Below are positions 1 through 9,445 of a DNA stretch of 64,000 nt, piece after piece. The stretch comes from Caldisericota bacterium (GTDB lineage: Bacteria; Caldisericota; JANLFM01), in assembly GCA_024655965.1 (NCBI GenBank), contig JANLFL010000001.1, positions 22,049-86,048 of the forward strand, read 5' to 3'. A program made the position numbers and the translations under genes. The notes below the pieces were generated by a model. The model worked only from the letters and a program-made list of their open reading frames with translations, did not search any database and was not told the origin of the DNA. Position 1 is the stretch's first letter. The number at the start of each line of letters is the position of its first letter.

Positions 1-1
1 C

Positions 2-241
2 AAGGCAAGCGAGGAGTTCGAGAGACTGATGGAAAAGATAATTTCCCTGGCGAATGAGGAGATCAAAATTGAAAGGCTTGGAGGGGAAATCAAAAAAACC
101 ACAAGGAGGGTTAACGCCCTCGAACAGGTTGTGGTCCCCCAGATCAGAACGGAAATTACCTTTATAAAAGGGGTCCTTGAGGAACGAGAGAGGGAGGATA
201 CTTTCAGGTTAAAAAGACTGAAGAAAAAGCGTCAGGACTGA
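2..241 (+). CDS. ntpD: V-type ATP synthase subunit D, C-terminal fragment (5' end outside window)
   Basis: Frame is open from the window edge to the stop at 239-241. The tail KKTTRRVNALEQVVVPQI...EEREREDTFRLKRLKK resembles the conserved C-terminal helix of V/A-ATPase D subunits. Confidence 0.7.
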   Translation, partial: KASEEFERLMEKIISLANEEIKIERLGGEIKKTTRRVNALEQVVVPQIRTEITFIKGVLEEREREDTFRLKRLKKKRQD

Positions 242-780
242 AGCATCCCTCTGAAAAGGACAAAAAATAGCCCCATTAACAGGACAAGGTCTCCAGGGCT
301 AATCACCGCATGAATTCCCCAGGGTTGGGGGAGAACGATCCAATCCCCCAAAAAGTTCAACCGGGTACTTTCGTTTGCAACCCTCACATTGTTCAGGAAA
401 CCTTTTTCCTCCAGGGTCAAAGCACTTTCGGTCCTCCCGGCTTCATAATAAGCATGGGCAAAAGCTGGCATATACCCTGAATTGAGAATGATTACCAGGA
501 AATTTAGGAAAACCCCCACCAAAATTAAAGCCATTCCCGGGATTTTTAAGTTTCCCAGGAGAAAGAGAACCAGAAGCAGAAGAGAAAAAAGGTAAAGAAT
601 TGGCCCCCAGGGTTCAGGGAAGGGGGAAAACCCGGAATATAAAAGAACCTGAAGTCCGAGGGAGAGGAAGACCAAGGGCCAAAATCTCAAGCGAAAGCGA
701 GAAAAATTCTCAATTTTTCCTTTAAACAGGAACCCAAGAAGAATTGCCATAAGGGCGGCAACGACCACCCAAAATATCAT
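232..780 (-). CDS. DUF5317-like integral membrane protein
   Basis: 182 aa with 5-6 hydrophobic helices. Starts MIFWVVVAALMAILLGFLFKG...FRLRFWPLVFLSLGLQVLL, as DUF5317 proteins do. The ATGA start overlaps the rimI stop. Confidence 0.5.
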   Translation of the reverse strand: MIFWVVVAALMAILLGFLFKGKIENFSRFRLRFWPLVFLSLGLQVLLYSGFSPFPEPWGPILYLFSLLLLVLFLLGNLKIPGMALILVGVFLNFLVIILNSGYMPAFAHAYYEAGRTESALTLEEKGFLNNVRVANESTRLNFLGDWIVLPQPWGIHAVISPGDLVLLMGLFFVLFRGMLQS

Positions 781-1265
781 TTCAGTTCCTTGATCATCAA
801 AAAAGCATCCTCGTTGTTATCCCGATAATAGTTCTTCCGAACACCCGCGTACCGAAAATCATGCTTCAGGTAAAGATTTTGGGCTTTATAATTTGAAACC
901 CTCACTTCCAGAATCACCCTTCGCGCTCCCCTTTTTTTCGCTTCCTCCAGCACAAAAAGTAATAACTTTTCTCCAATCTTTTTCCTTCTAAAATCAGGGT
1001 GCACGGCGATGTTGGTGATATGGGCTTCGTCAACAATAACCCACATCCCCACGAAACCGGCAATCGATTCCCCAATTTGAGCCACAAAATAAAAAGCAAG
1101 CTGGTTAAAAACCACCTCTCTGTAAAAATCCTCGTAACGCCAGGGGCTGGAATAGGAAAGCCTCTCCACTTCCATTACCCCGTCCAGATCCCGAACGGTC
1201 ATCGGCCGGATTCGAACTGAAAAACCTTCTTCCTCTGAAATATGCTTTTCGTCTGCAGTCTTCAT
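777..1265 (-). CDS. rimI: ribosomal-protein-alanine N-acetyltransferase (GNAT family)
   Basis: 162 aa. GNAT acetyl-CoA site ITNIAVHPDFRRKKIGEKLL, followed by LEVRVSNYKAQNLYLKHDF. Confidence 0.8.
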   Translation of the reverse strand: MKTADEKHISEEEGFSVRIRPMTVRDLDGVMEVERLSYSSPWRYEDFYREVVFNQLAFYFVAQIGESIAGFVGMWVIVDEAHITNIAVHPDFRRKKIGEKLLLFVLEEAKKRGARRVILEVRVSNYKAQNLYLKHDFRYAGVRKNYYRDNNEDAFLMIKELK

Positions 1266-1276
1266 CGAATACCCTT

Positions 1277-1978
1277 TTACCTGTGGATTAAAATAGCATG
1301 CTTGGAAAGCTTCCCGAGGTCCTTGGCCTGTTCAACGGTCAAGTGCCTTTCTGAACCTTTTGGGAAATCAAAAGTGGCCTCAATTAATGCCAGATCAACT
1401 CCTTTGAAATAGCAATCAATACCCGGATACCATCCGGTATCACCGGTGTAGGCAATTTTTTCCCCGGATTTGCCGCACAGAAGATAACCCACCGCCTTCT
1501 TGAATCCTCCGGTCCCGAAAACCTCCGTCTTTTCCCTATGAATGGCTTTGAAGGGCTGGACGACCAGATCCTGGAAGCGGAAACGCAGATGCTCCTCAAC
1601 CACTTTTACCTCGACCTCGTAGGGGAAACCTCCGAAAATTAAATCACGGTAAAAACGAACTCTTTCCGTTAAATTACCATCGGGGGTAAGGATAAAAAGT
1701 TCCCTCTTCCGGCCCCTCAACCTCAAAAAGGTGAGCAGGGAAAAGATTCCCCCGGTGTGGTCCGGATGATCGTGAGTGATCAAGATCGCCAAAAGTTTAT
1801 CAACCCAGGGAAGCCCGGTAGATGAAAGGTCGCGAGTCGTTCCGTCTCCGCAATCGAGGAGAAAGTAGTCTGCCTCCCCGGAAATCAGAATCTGGGTCGC
1901 AAGCCCTTTAGCAGAATAAAGAACTTTGGCTTTTAATTCTTTCCCCTGCCAGTCCCACATTTCCATCGGTCCATTCAA
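1277..1978 (-). CDS. MBL-fold metallo-hydrolase
   Basis: HxHxDH motif ILITHDHPDHTGG, plus later His/Asp ligands (YTGDTG, HLT). Confidence 0.75.
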   Translation of the reverse strand: MNGPMEMWDWQGKELKAKVLYSAKGLATQILISGEADYFLLDCGDGTTRDLSSTGLPWVDKLLAILITHDHPDHTGGIFSLLTFLRLRGRKRELFILTPDGNLTERVRFYRDLIFGGFPYEVEVKVVEEHLRFRFQDLVVQPFKAIHREKTEVFGTGGFKKAVGYLLCGKSGEKIAYTGDTGWYPGIDCYFKGVDLALIEATFDFPKGSERHLTVEQAKDLGKLSKHAILIHR

Positions 1979-2036
1979 TCATAATCCAAAGAAGAAAGGG
2001 AGACATACTTCAAGGGGGAAAGAGAAAGAAAACCAA

Positions 2037-3686
2037 CTATCCTCTTGCTCCTTTTCTCCTCTTCCAGAAAAAACCGAAAACAAAGGGCAAAAGAAGGGCA
2101 AAAAGGCCGTTCCAAACGATCAAAAGCAACAGGGCTAGCTCATAAAAACCCTGATCAAAATCCGGAAGGTGCCAGGTTGAGGACATTCCGTTTAAATAAA
2201 AGAAAAGGGAAAAGATCATAAGAAGGATTAAGGAAACCGAAAACAGGGATTTCTGCAAAAACTTGGCCAACTCCATGGGGTTGGCCTTTCTCACCTGGAA
2301 AGGGAGGAGAAAGGAAACGATGACCTCCGCAAGTAGAAGGGGGAGACCGAAGATCAGGAAGAACTCCAGGAAGCTTCCCCATTTCAGGACCGAAAAGGAG
2401 AAAGATAAACCAAGGCCTTCATGATAGAAGATCAGGAAGAGAATCAGGATGATGGTGGCATCCAAAAATGCCAGAGGCCAGCCCTTCCTCAAGCCAAAAA
2501 GGATAACCCCGATGATCAAAATCCCGCAAACTACGGGAGCGAAAAGGCGGGAATTTCTCTCCTGAGCAATCCTTTCTCCTTTTAAGGTTTGAATTTGGGA
2601 ATCGATTCTTTTTCTAAGACTTTCCGCGGTTCCGAACACGGAGGAAAAATCGGAGGAGCTTTCAAGCATGGAGAAATTCAGAGGCTTGTATACTCCCCCG
2701 AGCATCTGGAAAAAGGATGAGGCAAACTTATCCCGTTGTTCGAGAAGCCTTAAAGAAAATCTCCCCCTGGTTTCCAGGGAAAGATCAAAAGCATCCCACA
2801 ATGGTTCTCCTAAACAATACCGTGGAATTGGGGCCCCGGACAAAAGGGAGATTGTGGGGGCAATGTCCACCTGGTTCCCGGACACTGTCACCCCTGTTTT
2901 GACATTCTCACCGAATAAAAAAAATGGGGTATTTAGGACTTCCTCTTCTCCCCCACCGTGCCCTCCCTGGTCAATATGGCCATGATCGGAAGTGACGATC
3001 ACTAAATAGGATTTGAGATCCACTTTTTCCAAAATTTCCCCAAGAAGGGTGTCCACGTTTTGAAGGGCTTTCGTTGTAGGTTCCCCCTGCAGTCCATAAT
3101 AGTGCTGGTAATGGTCAACCTGGCTCAAATGAACCAGGATGAAGGAGGGCTCCCGGGATAAAAACTCTATAGCTTTACCGGCAATCAACTGGTCCATCTC
3201 CTCGGCGCTCAGGGAAGGGTCGGGAGAAAAAGACATCGACGGGGAATCCCCTATCAGTTGAAGGTTACTTTCATCGCCCGAAAAAGCGGTGACGAAGGAA
3301 CTGGAAGAGAAGGAAAAAAGGTGCTCCACGGGGATCTCGGCGTCGAACTCGTTTGAGGTAACTGAATGAAAATCTTGCCATGTTCCCGTGATGATGTTCG
3401 CAAAACAGGGATTTGACCAGGAAGGGGGCTTCGTTTTCAGGGTTCCAAAGGCCCCGGGGATTTTCTTCAAAGAAAGAAGGGATCGAGCGGAATCAGCTCT
3501 CAGGCCGTCAATCAAAATCAAAAGGACGTTGGAGATCTTTTCCCCTGTTTTACGGGGATATTCAGGAATGTTAAGTGGGGAGGAATAGCCATAAAAAGCC
3601 CCCTCCATGGAAAGAAGGGGAAATAGTATTAACAGGCTCAAAAGAAGCGCGCAAAGGGAAAGAAAAATAGATTTGAAAATCTTCAT
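2037..3686 (-). CDS. alkaline-phosphatase-superfamily (phosphodiesterase/phosphotransferase-like) membrane protein
   Basis: N-terminal signal anchor. Motifs LLILIDGLRAD and VTSDHGH..GGHGG. The C-terminal ~190 aa form multiple hydrophobic helices. Confidence 0.65.
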   Translation of the reverse strand: MKIFKSIFLSLCALLLSLLILFPLLSMEGAFYGYSSPLNIPEYPRKTGEKISNVLLILIDGLRADSARSLLSLKKIPGAFGTLKTKPPSWSNPCFANIITGTWQDFHSVTSNEFDAEIPVEHLFSFSSSSFVTAFSGDESNLQLIGDSPSMSFSPDPSLSAEEMDQLIAGKAIEFLSREPSFILVHLSQVDHYQHYYGLQGEPTTKALQNVDTLLGEILEKVDLKSYLVIVTSDHGHIDQGGHGGGEEEVLNTPFFLFGENVKTGVTVSGNQVDIAPTISLLSGAPIPRYCLGEPLWDAFDLSLETRGRFSLRLLEQRDKFASSFFQMLGGVYKPLNFSMLESSSDFSSVFGTAESLRKRIDSQIQTLKGERIAQERNSRLFAPVVCGILIIGVILFGLRKGWPLAFLDATIILILFLIFYHEGLGLSFSFSVLKWGSFLEFFLIFGLPLLLAEVIVSFLLPFQVRKANPMELAKFLQKSLFSVSLILLMIFSLFFYLNGMSSTWHLPDFDQGFYELALLLLIVWNGLFALLLPFVFGFFWKRRKGARG

Positions 3687-3692
3687 ATTTAC

Positions 3693-4988
3693 TTAAAGTG
3701 CCTCTTCAATCTGCCGGAGGCCCCTTTCCAATATCTCGCAAGCTTCCTCCACATTTTCCTCGGTGAAACAAAGGGGAGGGGTGATTCGAATCACGTTGCC
3801 CAAGGGTCCGGCTTTCCCGATAAGGAGACCATTTTCGCGGCAGAACTCCAGGATTTGACTCAAGCCCTGGGGATAAGGTTCCTTTGTCTTCTTGTCTTTT
3901 ACCAGTTCCACACCGATAAGCAATCCAAGTCCCCTTACCTCTCCAATACTTGGATGCTTTTCCTCCAGGTTCTTCAATTTTTCCAAAAATATTTCCCCTA
4001 CCCTCCGGGAATTGGAAATCAGGTTTTCCTCTTTTAACACCTCCAGGGTTGCAAGAGCCGCAGCGCAGTTTACGGGATTTCCCCCGAAAGTGGAAAAGTG
4101 CTGGCCTGGCTTGAAGGCTCTGGAGATCACGTCATTCGAAACAAAGGCACCCAAGGGAAGACCGTTGGCCATCCCTTTCCCCAAGGTCATCAAGTCCGGG
4201 ATCACGTTGAAATTTTGAATTCCGAACCATTCCCCGGTCCTTCCAAAACCGCATTGAACGTCATCATCGATGAAAAGTCCCCCATGCCGGTGAACAATTT
4301 CCCCGACAATTCCAAAATACTCCATGGGAGGAACTATCACCCCTCCGTTGCCCTGAACCGGTTCGGCAATGAAACCTCCAATCTCCCCATTGGTGCAGCT
4401 CTCTATTGCCATTTCCACATCCTCCGCGCAGGCCAATCCACAGGAGGGATAGGTCAAATTAAAGGTACATCTGTAGCAATAAGGGTTGGCAACGAAGATG
4501 ACCCCTGGAGCATAAGGGCCCTTTCCTCGCCAGCTCTTCTGAGCGGTAAGGCTTAAAGCCATTAGGGTTCGCCCGTGAAAAGAGGAGCGGAGGGCGATGA
4601 ACTGGTGATTATCCGTAAAGGCTTTTACAAGAGCGGTGGCCCCTTCAACGGCTTCGGCTCCCGAGTTGCAGAAAAAAATCCGGTTCAAATCCCCAGGAGT
4701 GATCTGGGCCAGCTTTTCCGCAAGAAGGACCATAGGGCTTGAAAGCATAAGGCTGGAAATGTGAACCAGGGATTGCATTTGCTCGAATGCCCTCTGATTG
4801 ATAAGGGGGTGGGCATGTCCGCAATTAACCACTGCAACCCCCGCAAAACAATCCAGATAACGCTTTCCCTGACCATCGAAAAGGTATTGCCTCTCTCCCC
4901 TTTCAATTAACAACATCTCCTGAAAATAATGTGCATAACAAGGCATCAAATACTTTTTTCTTTTCTCCTCAAGCTCCTCCAGGTTCAT
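3693..4988 (-). CDS. class III PLP-dependent aminotransferase (acetylornithine/GABA/omega-aminotransferase family)
   Basis: 431 aa. Motifs FCNSGAEAVE, DDVQCGFGRTG, and the PLP-lysine context DLMTLGKGMANGLPLG. Confidence 0.8.
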   Translation of the reverse strand: MNLEELEEKRKKYLMPCYAHYFQEMLLIERGERQYLFDGQGKRYLDCFAGVAVVNCGHAHPLINQRAFEQMQSLVHISSLMLSSPMVLLAEKLAQITPGDLNRIFFCNSGAEAVEGATALVKAFTDNHQFIALRSSFHGRTLMALSLTAQKSWRGKGPYAPGVIFVANPYCYRCTFNLTYPSCGLACAEDVEMAIESCTNGEIGGFIAEPVQGNGGVIVPPMEYFGIVGEIVHRHGGLFIDDDVQCGFGRTGEWFGIQNFNVIPDLMTLGKGMANGLPLGAFVSNDVISRAFKPGQHFSTFGGNPVNCAAALATLEVLKEENLISNSRRVGEIFLEKLKNLEEKHPSIGEVRGLGLLIGVELVKDKKTKEPYPQGLSQILEFCRENGLLIGKAGPLGNVIRITPPLCFTEENVEEACEILERGLRQIEEAL

Positions 4989-5003
4989 CTTGTCGCTCCT
5001 TTT

Positions 5004-5831
5004 CTATGAGAGTTTTAGCTTGACAGCCGAAAGAAGGTTCTCAAAAAGGGAAGCGGTGGCAACCGGGCCAACTCCTCCGGGGACAGGGGAAATCCAGGAG
5101 GCGTTTTGAACCACTTCCTCAAAGCGAACGTCTCCCACAATTTTTCCCCCAATAAGGGTTGCCCCCACATCAACAACAACTGCCCCCTCTTTAACAAAAG
5201 AGCGATCAACCTTTCGGGGCAAGCCCATCGCGCTGACAAGGATTTCCGCTTGCCGGCACAAAAAGGGAAGATCACGGGATAATGAATGGCAGACGGTCAC
5301 GGTTGAATTCCTCGCAAGAAATAGGAGGGCAAGGGGCTTCCCCAAATTGGGACTTCTGCCTAGGATTACCACCCTTTTGGATTCAAGGGGAATTCCATAA
5401 AAATCAAGGAGGCTCAATACCGCTTTTGCGGTGGAGGGGATAAATAGGGGTTTTCCCAGAAAGAGCCTCCCCAGGCTTTCGGGGTTAAAAGCGTCGATAT
5501 CTTTAAAAATGGGGATTTCCAATCCCAATTGAATCCGGTCAATTCGGGGAGGGACGGGAGCAAGGGGAACTATTCCATGCACAGCCTTTTCAGATGAGAT
5601 TTTGCGGACAAAATCAAGCACTTCCTCCTGGGGACATTCGGGGGGAAATCTTTGCACACTAACCTCAACTCCTAAATCCTGGCCAAAATGCGAGATATCC
5701 TGGGAAAGAAAACTTGATTCCCCTTCGGTCCACTCAAGGAGGTAAAGATGGGGTTTTTCGGGAAGAAGAGAATATTCTTCTTTCAGCCCTTCCTTGATTT
5801 TCCGTTGAACGGGTCGCCCGTCAAGCAGCAT
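5004..5831 (-). CDS. folD: bifunctional methylene-THF dehydrogenase / methenyl-THF cyclohydrolase
   Basis: 275 aa. Motifs ILGRSPNLGKPLALLF, ADILV-like EILVSAMG and PVPGGVGPVA. Confidence 0.8.
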   Translation of the reverse strand: MLLDGRPVQRKIKEGLKEEYSLLPEKPHLYLLEWTEGESSFLSQDISHFGQDLGVEVSVQRFPPECPQEEVLDFVRKISSEKAVHGIVPLAPVPPRIDRIQLGLEIPIFKDIDAFNPESLGRLFLGKPLFIPSTAKAVLSLLDFYGIPLESKRVVILGRSPNLGKPLALLFLARNSTVTVCHSLSRDLPFLCRQAEILVSAMGLPRKVDRSFVKEGAVVVDVGATLIGGKIVGDVRFEEVVQNASWISPVPGGVGPVATASLFENLLSAVKLKLS

Positions 5832-6819
5832 CTTCTTTCCCCCAATTTAATAAACCAAGTCTGACAATTTCTTCAATCAGAATCGGAAAATCCAATCCCG
5901 CTACTTTTGCGGATTTAGGAAAAAGACTCTCCTTTGTAAGCCCGGGAATAGTATTTAATTCAAGAAGATAGATCTCCCCCTGGGAATAAATCATGTCTGC
6001 CCTTCCAAAACCCCGGCAGTTGAGCGCTTTAAAGGCAACCCTGGCGATCTCTTGGGCCTTTTGTGAGACCCCTTCTTCAATCCTGGCAGGGCAGATTTCC
6101 TTGGTCGAACCATTGTATTTGGCCCGGTAATCGAAAAACAAGCCCGGAGGAACGATTTCGATTACCGGTAGAGGTTCAGGATCCTCATTCCCCAAAACGG
6201 GAACTGTAATTTCAACCCCTTCAAGATATTTCTCGATCAGAACGCAGGAAGAGACTTGTAATATCCTATCAATTCCCGCCTCCAATTGGTCGAAAGAGGA
6301 GGAAATGACCACAAAAAGGGATGACCCCGAATCGTTGGGCTTAACCACTAGGGGAAGACCGAACTTCCCGGCGGCAACTTCCAGGCTCTCCCGGAAGGGT
6401 TCCCCCCTATGAAGCAACAAATATGGGGGGGTTGCAAGCCCGTACTTTTGGAAAATTAGGCGGCTGCGGTGTTTATCCATCCCCAAAGCACTGGCAAGAA
6501 CCCCGGAACCGGTGTAGGGAATCCCAGCTATCTCCAAAAGCCCCTGAACCGTTCCATCTTCCCCTTTCGGTCCATGAAGGGCGACAAAGACTATATCTGG
6601 TTTGGGGGTTAAGGAACGGGCGACGGACTCAAGAATCGATTGACCCTGGGGAAGATTTTCTCCATTTTTCAGCCACAATCCTTGTGAGGAAATCTCCACG
6701 GGGTAAGCATTATGGCCCCGCGAAAGGAGAGCTTCAAGGACCATCGAACCGGAGGCAAGGGATACTTCCCTCTCTCCTGATTGACCCCCCATTAAAACGG
6801 CAACAGTCAGCTTTTTCAC
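5821..6819 (-). CDS. ddl: D-alanine--D-alanine ligase
   Basis: 332 aa. N-terminal VAVLMGGQSGEREVSLASG, then ALHGPKGEDGTVQGLLE, and the ATP-grasp tail GRADMIY..GEIYLLELNTIPG. Confidence 0.9.
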   Translation of the reverse strand: MKKLTVAVLMGGQSGEREVSLASGSMVLEALLSRGHNAYPVEISSQGLWLKNGENLPQGQSILESVARSLTPKPDIVFVALHGPKGEDGTVQGLLEIAGIPYTGSGVLASALGMDKHRSRLIFQKYGLATPPYLLLHRGEPFRESLEVAAGKFGLPLVVKPNDSGSSLFVVISSSFDQLEAGIDRILQVSSCVLIEKYLEGVEITVPVLGNEDPEPLPVIEIVPPGLFFDYRAKYNGSTKEICPARIEEGVSQKAQEIARVAFKALNCRGFGRADMIYSQGEIYLLELNTIPGLTKESLFPKSAKVAGLDFPILIEEIVRLGLLNWGKEDAA

Positions 6820-7544
6820 GGTTCTCCTTCAATTTCCAAAATGCTTTTTATTTTACCGTTAAAAACCTCTTTCAACTCCTTTATGTTTTCTAAAAAAAGG
6901 GACGGGTTTGAAGCCTTTAAAATTTCCCTCGAGACATAAGGACCGGGAATTCCAACGGTAAAAACACCTGCCCTCTTTCCCATTTCAATGTCCTCCGGGG
7001 AATCGCCGATATAAGCCGCCCGTTTAAAGGAAACCTTTAAACTCTTTATCAAGGATTCAAGAGGAAGAGGATCAGGTTTCCTGGTTCCAAAGTCCTCCAT
7101 GCAAACCACCCGGGAAAAGAACCCTTCAAGGTTGAAGACCTTTAGTTCGTCCTCCAGGCGATTTCTGTTTGCCGCTGAAAGAAGCGCCAAAAGAAAGCCT
7201 TTTCTCTTAAGCCATTCCAGAACCTCGAGGGCCCCATCCATTAAAGTTCGGGGACAATCCCGGTAGATCTCCAGCCAGCGGTTGTCAGCCCATTCGAATA
7301 ATTCTTCCGGGAGCCCCAGGGCTTTATAAGTCCGATACCAATTGGGAGAATAGTACTTGAATACGTCCTCGAGACGAAGGGGAATACCTGCTTCAGAGAA
7401 AATAACCCTGTACGCCTGAAGGGTGGCCTCCTTTGAGTTAAGCAGGGTGCCATCCCAGTCGAAAGCTAAGAGTTCAATAGAGGCCGGAACCAATTTCAGC
7501 GAGTCCACGTCTAATAGGTTAAAGTTTTTCCAGAAAAATGACAA
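6816..7544 (-). CDS. HAD-superfamily hydrolase (phosphoglycolate-phosphatase-like)
   Basis: DxDGT motif AFDWDGTLL and the late motif YIGDSPEDIEMGKRAG. Confidence 0.7.
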   Translation of the reverse strand: MSFFWKNFNLLDVDSLKLVPASIELLAFDWDGTLLNSKEATLQAYRVIFSEAGIPLRLEDVFKYYSPNWYRTYKALGLPEELFEWADNRWLEIYRDCPRTLMDGALEVLEWLKRKGFLLALLSAANRNRLEDELKVFNLEGFFSRVVCMEDFGTRKPDPLPLESLIKSLKVSFKRAAYIGDSPEDIEMGKRAGVFTVGIPGPYVSREILKASNPSLFLENIKELKEVFNGKIKSILEIEGEP

Positions 7545-7559
7545 TAAAGGAGGTATGAA

Positions 7560-8297
7560 ATGAAAATTGCAAGGTTTGCCCGAATACTTTCCATCTCTCT
7601 GATCATTTTCGGTTTTCTTTTTCTAAGCTTTTCCACCTTTAAGCTCCAGGGGGCTTCGGTTTCTGCGGCTGAGGAGGAAACGGTCAATCGAATCACGGTT
7701 TCGGGCGTGGGGACTGTGAAAGCCAAGGCGGATACGGTAGAGATCATCCTCGGAGTAACCACCGACGGGAAAACCGCCCAAGAAGCCCAGGGGGCCAACT
7801 CCACAGCAATGAACAATGTGGCGAGAACACTGAAAAACCTCCTCACCCCAAATGATCGCTGGGAGACCGCTTACCTTACCCTTTATCCCCAGTACGATTA
7901 CTCGGAGGAGGGGAAAGGAACGTTAATTGGCTTCAGGGCGGAAAACGGTATTCACATTGTCCTCTCTCAGGTTTCCCGGGCTGGGGAGATCATTGACGCC
8001 TGCGTGGAAGCCGGCGCAAACACGGTCTCAAGCATTCAATTCTCCTTGAAAGATGTGGAAAGCCTGAAGCTGGAGGCAATAAAACAGGCAATGAAAAATG
8101 CTGAGGGAAAAGCTACCGCGGCCCTGGAAGAGCTGGGGAAGGCCATCAAAGGGGTGGAAAGCATCAGCATCTCAGACTCCTATTATCCTCCCCTCCCCTA
8201 TTCTTATGCCAAAACGGAGGCTTTGGGGGGTGGGGCTCCAGTAGAACCTGGCCTCTTGGAAGTCCAGGTCAATGTCAACGTAACCTACACCTTCTAA
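7560..8297 (+). CDS. SIMPL/DUF541 domain secreted protein
   Basis: Signal anchor, then ITVSGVGTVKAKADTVEIILGV and the C-terminal VNVNVTYTF typical of SIMPL proteins. RBS aaaggagg lies 5 nt upstream. Confidence 0.65.
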   Translation: MKIARFARILSISLIIFGFLFLSFSTFKLQGASVSAAEEETVNRITVSGVGTVKAKADTVEIILGVTTDGKTAQEAQGANSTAMNNVARTLKNLLTPNDRWETAYLTLYPQYDYSEEGKGTLIGFRAENGIHIVLSQVSRAGEIIDACVEAGANTVSSIQFSLKDVESLKLEAIKQAMKNAEGKATAALEELGKAIKGVESISISDSYYPPLPYSYAKTEALGGGAPVEPGLLEVQVNVNVTYTF

Positions 8298-8320
8298 AAG
8301 GACTCACCGAAAATGAAAAA

Positions 8321-8345
8321 AGGCTGTCATTTGACAGCCTTTTTT
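8321..8345 (+). terminator. Rho-independent terminator after the SIMPL gene
   Basis: aggctgtc-attt-gacagcct perfect stem (8321-8340), followed by TTTTT (8341-8345). Confidence 0.8.
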
Positions 8346-8374
8346 CATTAAAGAGGGACGTGTAAAATTAAGTT

Positions 8375-9433
8375 ATGCCGGAGTTCGTCAAAGCCCACCT
8401 ATTTGAATCTCTCGAGGGAGGAACTGCCAGATGCCTGGTTTGCCCCCGGGAATGCGTTTTAAAAGAAGGCCAGATCGGTTTCTGCGGAACACGGGTCAAC
8501 CAAGGTGGGGAAATTTACTCCATGATATACGGTATGGTCTCCTCGGTGGCCATCGACCCCATCGAGAAAAAGCCCCTGTTTCACTTTCACCCGGGGAGCC
8601 CCTGCCTTTCCTTTGGTTCCTTCGGTTGTAATTTTCGCTGCATCCACTGCCAGAACTGGAGCATTTCCCATCGGCTGGTTGAGAAAGGGATCCCTGATGG
8701 AAGGTACCTTTCTCCGCAGGATGGGGTAAAAATAGCGCTTGAAAACCAGGCAAAGGGGATTTCATGGACCTACAACGAGCCCACGATCTGGCACGAATAC
8801 ACCATGGATATGGGAAAAATCGCCAAAGAAAAAGGTTTGTACACCGTTTATGTGACAAACGGTTTCATCACCCCCCAAGCCCTGAAGGAGCTTTCCCAGG
8901 TTCTGGACGCCTTTCGAGTGGATTTAAAGGGCTGGGAAAAGGAATTCTGGAGAAGGATCTGCAAAATCGACGATCCCGCCCCTGTCTTTCGGGCAGCTTA
9001 CGAAGCAAAAAACAAATACCATATGCACGTGGAAGTGGTGACGAACGTCATCCCAACATTCAACGACGATGATCAGACCTTCACCAACCTCGCCCGGTGG
9101 ATATTGGATAACCTCGGAGCGGATTGCCCCTGGCATATCACCCGTTTCGTACCCTACCTGGAACTCTCCCATCTTCCCTACACTCCCCTTTCTACCCTGG
9201 AAAGGGGAAGGTCTATAGGCCTTGAGACCGGCTTGAAATTTGTATACTTAGGAAATGTCCCCGGCCATCCCGGGGAAAATACCTTCTGCCCCAAATGTGG
9301 CACCCTATTGATCGAGCGCTACGGTTTCTGGATCAAGAAGAACCTCCTTTCTTCAAACAACCATTGCCCAAAATGCGGGGAAAAGATTAATATAGTGGGC
9401 AGTATTGAGCGTCAAAAAAACCTCTTTTTTTAG
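8375..9433 (+). CDS. amrS: AmmeMemoRadiSam-system-type radical SAM enzyme
   Basis: N-terminal Cys-rich ARCLVCPRECVLKEGQIGFCG, radical SAM CNFRCIHCQNW, and a C-terminal zinc ribbon CPKCG...CPKCG. Confidence 0.7.
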   Translation: MPEFVKAHLFESLEGGTARCLVCPRECVLKEGQIGFCGTRVNQGGEIYSMIYGMVSSVAIDPIEKKPLFHFHPGSPCLSFGSFGCNFRCIHCQNWSISHRLVEKGIPDGRYLSPQDGVKIALENQAKGISWTYNEPTIWHEYTMDMGKIAKEKGLYTVYVTNGFITPQALKELSQVLDAFRVDLKGWEKEFWRRICKIDDPAPVFRAAYEAKNKYHMHVEVVTNVIPTFNDDDQTFTNLARWILDNLGADCPWHITRFVPYLELSHLPYTPLSTLERGRSIGLETGLKFVYLGNVPGHPGENTFCPKCGTLLIERYGFWIKKNLLSSNNHCPKCGEKINIVGSIERQKNLFF

Positions 9434-9445
9434 GAGGGAGGTTAA

